From the NCBI GenBank assembly GCA_023703555.1, contig CP097968.1, positions 205,451 to 269,450 on the forward strand: 64,000 nt of DNA, in the 5' to 3' direction. Below the pieces are notes generated by a model that saw only the letters and a program-made list of their open reading frames with translations, was not told where the DNA came from and did no database searches. Position numbers and translations under genes: made by a program. How positions within the stretch are numbered: the stretch's first letter is position 1; each line of letters begins with the position of its first letter. The stretch is from SAR86 cluster bacterium. GTDB lineage: Bacteria; Pseudomonadota; Gammaproteobacteria; Magnimaribacterales; TMED112. Positions 58,268 through 64,000 of this stretch are shown here, piece after piece.

Positions 58268-59524
58268 ATGGAAGTACAAAGAAAAGGTATGTTTTCAAGT
58301 GTTATGAGTTGGGTTGACAAAAGATTACCGCTTACAGAAAATCTTGAAAGACATTTAACAAAACATCCGGTACCAAAGAAGGTAAATTTTTTCTATATTT
58401 TTGGAGCTTTATTGATGGTCATATTCATGGTTCAAGTTGTTACAGGGATTTGGCTGATGATGTTTTATACAAATACTGAAGAGGGAGCTTTTGCTTCAGT
58501 TGAGTATATTATGAGAGATGTAGAATATGGTTGGTTGATGAGATATATGCATAGTACCGGGGCAAGTGCATTCTTCTTTCTGATGTACTTTCATATGTTC
58601 AGAGGACTATTATATGGTTCATACCAAAAACCAAAGGAACTTGTTTGGTTATTTGGTTGTTTCTTATTATTCCTTTTGATGGCAGAGGGTTTTCTGGGCT
58701 ATGTTTTGCCATGGGGACAAATGTCCTATTGGGCTGCCAATGTTATCCTTTCTCTTTTTGGTGCTATACCTTTTATTGGGCCTGATCTTCAGGTTTGGAT
58801 CCAAGGTGATTATGTCCTATCAGGAGCAACCTTATCAAGGTTCTTTGCTCTTCATGTTGTAGTTGTGCCTTTGCTGATGATAGCACTTGTAGTATTTCAT
58901 ATTTTCGCTTTACATGAAGTTGGAGCTGGTAACCCTGAGGGTGTTAATATAGAAAAGTACAGAGACGAATCTGGAATGCCATTAGATGGAGCTCCTTTTC
59001 ACCCATACAAAACATTAAGTGCACTCCCAGCGATTGGGGTATTTTTTATTGTATTTTTTGGAATTGTATTTTTTGCTCCAGAGGGTGGTGGATATTTCCT
59101 TGAAAAACCGAACTTTGAGGAGGCAAATTTCTTGAAGACTCCTGAACATATAGCTCCAGTTTGGTATTACGCACCTTTTTACTCAATACTAAGGGCTATA
59201 ACTTTCGGGATACCTTTTTTGGGGATAACTAGTAAATTCTTAGGCTTTATAATTTTTGCTGGAAGTATCGCAATACTCTTTGTGATTCCCTGGCTCGACA
59301 GATCAAAAGTTCAAAGTATTAGATATAAAGGTGTTTACAGTAAAATTGGCATGGTTGTTTTTGCTGTATCTTTCATAACACTTGGGTATCTTGGAACAAA
59401 ACCAGTAAATGAAATGAGAACACTTTTAGCACAAATATGCACTTTGTTGTACTTTCTACCGCTTATCTTAATGCCAATATATACAAAATACGAAAAAACC
59501 CTTGAGGTCCCTGAAAGGCTTTAA
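58268..59524 (+). CDS. petB: Cytochrome b
   Basis: 418 aa with RYMHSTGASAFF, WGQMSYWAA, FFALHVVVVP and the PEHIAPVWYYAPFYSILR block. Confidence 0.96.
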   Translation: MEVQRKGMFSSVMSWVDKRLPLTENLERHLTKHPVPKKVNFFYIFGALLMVIFMVQVVTGIWLMMFYTNTEEGAFASVEYIMRDVEYGWLMRYMHSTGASAFFFLMYFHMFRGLLYGSYQKPKELVWLFGCFLLFLLMAEGFLGYVLPWGQMSYWAANVILSLFGAIPFIGPDLQVWIQGDYVLSGATLSRFFALHVVVVPLLMIALVVFHIFALHEVGAGNPEGVNIEKYRDESGMPLDGAPFHPYKTLSALPAIGVFFIVFFGIVFFAPEGGGYFLEKPNFEEANFLKTPEHIAPVWYYAPFYSILRAITFGIPFLGITSKFLGFIIFAGSIAILFVIPWLDRSKVQSIRYKGVYSKIGMVVFAVSFITLGYLGTKPVNEMRTLLAQICTLLYFLPLILMPIYTKYEKTLEVPERL

Positions 59525-60225
59525 TGTTTAAACTTGCTCTATTATTTTTTATGCTTTTTGCCGGAGAGACATGGTCAGCAGGTGAAAAAGAGTGTGGAAG
59601 TTTAGAATATTGCGATGAATACAAGTCTAATGTTCATGATCTTTATTCTCTTCAAAGAGGCTTGGGCCTATACAAAAATTATTGTTCTAGCTGCCATACT
59701 TTAAAGTACCTTCGGTGGAATCGTCTGCAAAGAGATCTCGATATTCCAGAATCTATTCTTACCGAAGACTTAATTGGTAGTCCTGAAGTAAAAACATCAG
59801 ACTTCATAACATTTGGGCTACCAGAAATTTCAGCGATTGGTGCTCCAGATCTAACGTTACGAACGAGAGTAAGAGGTGAAGAATGGATATATACATACCT
59901 AAGAACTTTTTATGATGATATTGATCAACCAACAGGCGCAAATAATTTAGTCTATCCTGGAACAGCAATGTTAAATGTACTCTCAGGCCTACAAGGAAGA
60001 CAAGAATTAACTCCAGATGGAAGGTTATTAAAATCTTCAGATGGAACAATGACGAAGGAAGAATTTGATTTAGCAATTGGAGACTTAGTAACTTTTTTAG
60101 CCTATGCATCAGAACCTGCAAGAATAACAAGAGAAAGGAATGGTATATTTGTGATACTATTCTTTATCGTCTTTACTGCTGTGATGTGGCTATTGAACAG
60201 GGAGTATACAAAAGATATTAAATGA
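59524..60225 (+). CDS. petC: Cytochrome c1
   Basis: Signal peptide, haem motif CSSCH and a C-terminal TM anchor. Follows petB. Confidence 0.9.
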   Translation: MFKLALLFFMLFAGETWSAGEKECGSLEYCDEYKSNVHDLYSLQRGLGLYKNYCSSCHTLKYLRWNRLQRDLDIPESILTEDLIGSPEVKTSDFITFGLPEISAIGAPDLTLRTRVRGEEWIYTYLRTFYDDIDQPTGANNLVYPGTAMLNVLSGLQGRQELTPDGRLLKSSDGTMTKEEFDLAIGDLVTFLAYASEPARITRERNGIFVILFFIVFTAVMWLLNREYTKDIK

Positions 60226-60842
60226 TTTTTTATTCTGAAGATAAAGGACACTACAGCCATATGGCTAGAATTGTTCTTGCTGAAAAAGACATATCATGCG
60301 AAATACGGGAAATTAGCAATGATGAAAAACTCCCTGAAGAGATAGCGACTATCAATCCTTACAATACACTTCCGGTATTAGTTGATCGTGAAGTGACAAT
60401 TTACCAACCAAGAATAATCCTTGAGTATCTAGATGAAAGATTCCCTCATCCACCATTGCTACCAATATATCCTAATGAAAAAGCAGAGTGTAGGCTTCTG
60501 ATACATAGAATTGAAAGAGATTGGCTCCCACTTTTAGACCAAATGATGAGTCCAAAAATCTCACAAAAAGAATTCGATAGTTTAAAAAAAACACTTGTAT
60601 CTTTGATTTCAGGAATTGTTCTTATTCTTAAAGAGAAACCATTTTTTATGAGTGATGAATTTACTTTGGTAGATTGCTATATGTCTGCTATTTTATATAG
60701 ACTTCCATATCTTGGCGTAAGTATTCCAAATTCTAAATCATTTTCCAGTTTAAAATCTTATCAGGAGAAACTCTTTGCACGCTCAAGCTTTGAACTATCT
60801 TTAACAGATTCTGAGAGAGACTTAAAATATACATTTAATTAA
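60222..60842 (+). CDS. sspA: Stringent starvation protein A (GST-like)
   Basis: GST N-domain with NPYNTLPVLVDRE..IYQPRIILEYLDERFPHPPLLP. Conserved position after petC. Confidence 0.88.
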   Translation: MIFYSEDKGHYSHMARIVLAEKDISCEIREISNDEKLPEEIATINPYNTLPVLVDREVTIYQPRIILEYLDERFPHPPLLPIYPNEKAECRLLIHRIERDWLPLLDQMMSPKISQKEFDSLKKTLVSLISGIVLILKEKPFFMSDEFTLVDCYMSAILYRLPYLGVSIPNSKSFSSLKSYQEKLFARSSFELSLTDSERDLKYTFN

Positions 60843-61818
60843 CGTATAAAAATCTTTCAATTTTTCCTCTATCTATGAAATAGATTGAACCAAGGCCTCT
60901 ATATTCTCCTTCAATTGAATTATTTATTAGTGACATAACATTAAGCAGGTCATAACCAAGAGTATAGCTCCTGCTTCTACTAATTTTTGTTTTGAATTTA
61001 TTTTCATAAGAATTATCTACTAATTTAATATCGTGTAACTGTATTTCACTTGGGTTTAAATCATTTTCAAGATTATTTGTTAAGGAAATTAATTCATACT
61101 CTAGCCCGTAATTAAATCTTATTAACGATGATATTTCATAAAGTCTACTTGGTGTATTGAAGCTCAAAAAAATTTTTTTGATATCCTGCCTTGGTCTTGG
61201 GATGTAATTTATTTTGGCAAAGCTTGCATTATCAATTTTTTTAAAACGTTCCTGACCATCTTTAATGTTTATTAAGACTTCAATTTCGTCGCTTGTAGTT
61301 GCCTGTTTGTCCAGAGAAAATTCTAGGATATCCAATTCAGGTAGGTGACTAGCAATTTCAGAATTCTCAAGATTTTCATGAATAAAAGCAATCTTACTAT
61401 CGGATGACTTTTGAAGGTACTTATTAATTGTAGAGAATTGTGCTTCTTTAAATGTTGGAACAGCAAACCCACCCGCATTTGTCTCAATAACTAAAGAATT
61501 CACTGATGCAGAAATGATAGATCTAGAATCAAGATCTAGCTGTTCATTGTTCAAAACAAAGAAAACCTTGTTTCTTAGTTCTAATTTTTTAAATGCGTCT
61601 AATACACCAAGTTGAAAAAAAGGATCTCTATTAGCTACCTTAAATATGAAGATTTTTTCGGATTCAGCTTTAACTATTTTTTTTGGTAGCTTAACGCCAG
61701 TAAATCCAAAATTATCTGAAAATTTATTTTCGAACTCCTTCTGATCTAAGTTGTCTATTGTGCTGCACCCTGATATAAATAAGAAAAATAAAAATAAGAT
61801 TTTTTTAAATTTATTCAT
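60835..61818 (-). CDS. lpoA: Lipoprotein in the LpoA (PBP1A activator) position, short form
   Basis: Lipobox LFISGCS. It is divergent from rsmI, as yraM/lpoA is in E. coli and Pseudomonas. At 327 aa it is about half of E. coli LpoA. The call rests mainly on synteny. Confidence 0.45.
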   Translation of the reverse strand: MNKFKKILFLFFLFISGCSTIDNLDQKEFENKFSDNFGFTGVKLPKKIVKAESEKIFIFKVANRDPFFQLGVLDAFKKLELRNKVFFVLNNEQLDLDSRSIISASVNSLVIETNAGGFAVPTFKEAQFSTINKYLQKSSDSKIAFIHENLENSEIASHLPELDILEFSLDKQATTSDEIEVLINIKDGQERFKKIDNASFAKINYIPRPRQDIKKIFLSFNTPSRLYEISSLIRFNYGLEYELISLTNNLENDLNPSEIQLHDIKLVDNSYENKFKTKISRSRSYTLGYDLLNVMSLINNSIEGEYRGLGSIYFIDRGKIERFLYVN

Positions 61819-62641
61819 GAAGTTCTATATTATACCCTCACCTATAGGCAATCTTGATGATATGTCTTTTAGATCAATAAATATTCTCAAAGAATTAGAT
61901 TTCCTAGTTGTTGAAAATTTACAGATAACAGACATACTCTTAAAAAAATATAAAATAAATATCAAAAGAAATCTTACTTACAATGATAAGTCTACTGAAA
62001 AAGTAAGACTTCAAATTTTAAATAATTTAAAAAATGGAAGGATTGGAGGCATAATTTCTGACGCAGGAACACCGCTAATTTCTGATCCAGGATATAAATT
62101 AATAAAAAAATTAAAAGCTAATAATATTCAAATAGTCCCGCTTCCAGGGCCTTCAGCTGTCATATCATCTTTAGTTGCAAGTGGTCTTCCAACAAGCAAA
62201 TTTCAGTTCGTTGGATTCTTCCCAAGGGGAGAAAAAAAATCAAAACAGTTTGTGCTAGATATACTTAAGTATGATGGCACTACCATTTTTTTTGAGTCTC
62301 CAAAAAGAATTAAGAGAACTTTAGAGGTATTTTTTAAACCTTATCAAAAGTCATTAACTTTCTGCATCGCTAAAGAAATTTCAAAAATACACGAATCTTT
62401 TTTTTTAGGGTCTTACTATGATGTTATGCAAAGTCTTTCAAAATCAAAAAGCATACTTAAGGGAGAGTTTGTCGTTTTGGTTTACGCAGTTCAAGAGACT
62501 AAGCTTTATCATAATTCAGATGAACTTTATTCAATTCTTATAAAAAAATTGAAATTTAAAACAACTATTGAAATTATTTCGAAATTGACAAAGACTGGAA
62601 AAAATGAACTTTACAAAAGATACTTGGCATTTGATGATTAG
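61817..62641 (+). CDS. rsmI: 16S rRNA (cytidine1402-2'-O)-methyltransferase RsmI
   Basis: MKFYIIPSPIGNLDD, SDAGTPLISDPG and PGPSA motifs. ATG 61817 is preferred. The listed 61751 start would add 22 non-conserved residues inside lpoA. Confidence 0.88.
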   Translation: MKFYIIPSPIGNLDDMSFRSINILKELDFLVVENLQITDILLKKYKINIKRNLTYNDKSTEKVRLQILNNLKNGRIGGIISDAGTPLISDPGYKLIKKLKANNIQIVPLPGPSAVISSLVASGLPTSKFQFVGFFPRGEKKSKQFVLDILKYDGTTIFFESPKRIKRTLEVFFKPYQKSLTFCIAKEISKIHESFFLGSYYDVMQSLSKSKSILKGEFVVLVYAVQETKLYHNSDELYSILIKKLKFKTTIEIISKLTKTGKNELYKRYLAFDD

Positions 62642-62653
62642 TGCTGGTATCAT
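62624..62653 (+). promoter_or_regulatory. Candidate sigma70-type promoter of rnpB, overlapping the rsmI stop
   Basis: TTGGCA (62624-62629), an 18-nt spacer, then TATCAT (62648-62653). The P1 5' strand begins 7-8 nt downstream. Confidence 0.55.
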
Positions 62654-62660
62654 AGCTATC

Positions 62661-62988
62661 GAGTTGGTCATGCTATCGCTTGAGTTTTCAAGAGGAAAGT
62701 CTGGACTTTAAAGAGCATGGTGCTAGTTAAGAGCTAGGGGGCGTGAGCTCATGGAAAGTGCAACAGAAAATAACCGCCTGTAAAGGTAAGGGTGAAAAGG
62801 TGAGGTAAGAGCTCACCGCTTAATTTAGATATTAAGGCTATGCAAACCCCACCAAAAGCAATGCCAAATAGAGATCAAATTGTGTTGCTCGCACATGATC
62901 AGGGTAGGCAGCAAGAGGTGCTTGGTGACAAGCATCCTAGATAAATGATAGCTTAATACAGAATCCGGCTTATAGACCAACTCAATTC
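62661..62988 (+). ncRNA. rnpB: RNase P RNA, bacterial type A, compact
   Basis: Universal blocks are present: AGAGGAAAGTCTGGAC (P4 5'), GTGCAACAGAAAATAACCGCC, GTAAGGGTGAAAAGGTGAGGTAAGAGCTCACCG and ACAGAATCCGGCTTAT (P4 3'). P1 pairs GAGTTGGTC with GACCAACTC, and P2 pairs GCTATC with GATAGC. Ends are approximate to within about 5 nt. Confidence 0.93.
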
Positions 62989-63007
62989 CATAAACTAAAA
63001 TTTTATT

Positions 63008-64000
63008 ATGCGCTGGGAAATTCACAATGAGAAGTATGAGCAAGCCAATATAGGAGTGCTAGGTGTTGGTGGAGGCGGAGGCAATGCCATTAAGCATATG
63101 ATCTCTTCAGGCGTCAAGGGAGTGAAATTTATATCTGCAAATACTGATTCTCAGGCACTTAGTATGATCAAAAATGCAAAAATCATAAAACTTGGAAAAG
63201 ATTTAACCAAAGGGCTAGGAGCAGGAAATGATCCAGAAAAAGGAAGACTGGCAACTGAATTAAGCAAAGATGAAATCATTGAGGAAATAAAAGACTTGGA
63301 GATGTTATTTATAACTGCAGGTATGGGAGGTGGAACTGGCACAGGAGGGGCGCCGGTGATAGCAAAAATTGCTAAAGATTTAAACATTTTAACAGTCGGA
63401 ATTGTTACAACTCCGTTTAAAGTTGAGGGAGATAAAAGAAGTTCTCAGGCTAAGGACGGTGTTACAAGTTTAATGGAGAACATAGATTCATTAATAGAGA
63501 TAGATAATGAAAAAATTTTTGAAATTTTTGAACCAGATACAAAAATAGACAACGCTTTTAACGAAATTAACAACGTACTAACAAATGCTGTAAAAGGAGT
63601 ATCAAATATAATATTGAAACCTTCAAAAATAAATGTAGATTTTGCTGACGTTTTAACAGTAATGTCTCAAAAAGGAATGGCAATAATGGGGTATGGTTCA
63701 GCCAGAGGCAAAAGTAGAGCAAGAGATTCAGTTTTGAACGCAATAAATAATCCATTCTTTGATAAATCTGAAGTAAAAAATGCAAAGGGCTTGCTTGTAA
63801 ATGTTTGTTCTTCATCTAGCATCACTCAAAATGAATTAAAGGAGATTCTAGACGAGGCCTCAAATATTGCCCATCCTGATGTAGAAGCAATTCCAGGTTT
63901 AACCTTAGATGAATCGTACGAGGAAAATATTAACGTAATTATAATTGCTACAGGATTGAGACGCTTTGATCTTGAAAACTTTAATACCCACAATATGGTT
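63008..64000 (+). CDS. ftsZ: Cell division GTPase FtsZ (3' end outside window; not in the supplied ORF track)
   Basis: My translation from ATG 63008 gives MRWEIHNEKYEQANIGVLGVGGGGGNAIKHM...ANTDSQAL...GLGAGNDPEKG...FITAGMGGGTGTGGAPVIAKIAKDLNILTVGIVTTPF...NVDFADVLTVM. The frame is open to nt 64000. An in-frame stop lies at 62996. Confidence 0.93.
   Translation, partial: MRWEIHNEKYEQANIGVLGVGGGGGNAIKHMISSGVKGVKFISANTDSQALSMIKNAKIIKLGKDLTKGLGAGNDPEKGRLATELSKDEIIEEIKDLEMLFITAGMGGGTGTGGAPVIAKIAKDLNILTVGIVTTPFKVEGDKRSSQAKDGVTSLMENIDSLIEIDNEKIFEIFEPDTKIDNAFNEINNVLTNAVKGVSNIILKPSKINVDFADVLTVMSQKGMAIMGYGSARGKSRARDSVLNAINNPFFDKSEVKNAKGLLVNVCSSSSITQNELKEILDEASNIAHPDVEAIPGLTLDESYEENINVIIIATGLRRFDLENFNTHNMV

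Noticed and set aside
62825-63815. Minus-strand ORFs 62825-63043, 63151-63387 and 63567-63815.
   Set aside because: The first overlaps RNase P RNA. The other two are shadows of the plus-strand ftsZ frame, which the ORF track omitted because it runs off the window.

Overview
This is an AT-rich, extremely gene-dense stretch of a gammaproteobacterial chromosome, with about 62 protein genes, 4 tRNAs and RNase P RNA in 64 kb. Most intergenic gaps are 0-60 nt, and many neighbouring genes overlap. From memory, the backbone follows Pseudomonas-type gene order. That order runs carAB-greA-rlmE-ftsH-glmM-tpiA-secG, tRNA-Leu, metY-rimP-nusA-infB-rbfA-truB-rpsO-pnp, then ychF-pth-rplY-prs-tRNAGln-ispE-lolB divergent from hemA-prfA-prmC-moeB. 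It continues with gatCAB divergent from mreBCD-yhdP, lptB-lptA-kdsD divergent from mlaC-murA, then degS, rplM-rpsI-petABC-sspA, and lpoA divergent from rsmI-rnpB-ftsZ. The style fits a streamlined marine lineage (SAR86-like is only a guess).

Two accessory blocks interrupt this backbone:
- Block 1 (20.9-30.4 kb) holds ctlX-like and rocD genes, an S8 protease lipoprotein, GtrA, an FAD oxidase, two paralogous small membrane proteins, tRNA-Met, and a Gtr-like GT2-GtrA fusion with a polytopic membrane protein.
- Block 2 (38.6-43.1 kb) holds a cytoplasmic GH84 O-GlcNAcase homologue, an acyl-CoA ligase, a MaoC dehydratase, a paraoxonase-like lipoprotein and a small membrane protein.

No CRISPR array, IS element, integrase or recognisable defence genes were seen. 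The points most worth a second look are:
- ftsZ sits directly behind rnpB, with the rest of the dcw cluster absent.
- The small-membrane-protein cassette carries the only clear intrinsic terminator I found in the window.
- The ispE stop codon lies inside tRNA-Gln.
- The GH84 homologue has no signal peptide.
- Several envelope proteins are much shorter than their usual homologues (YhdP, LptA, LolB, LpoA).

All calls come from reading the translations and sequence by eye; no searches were run.
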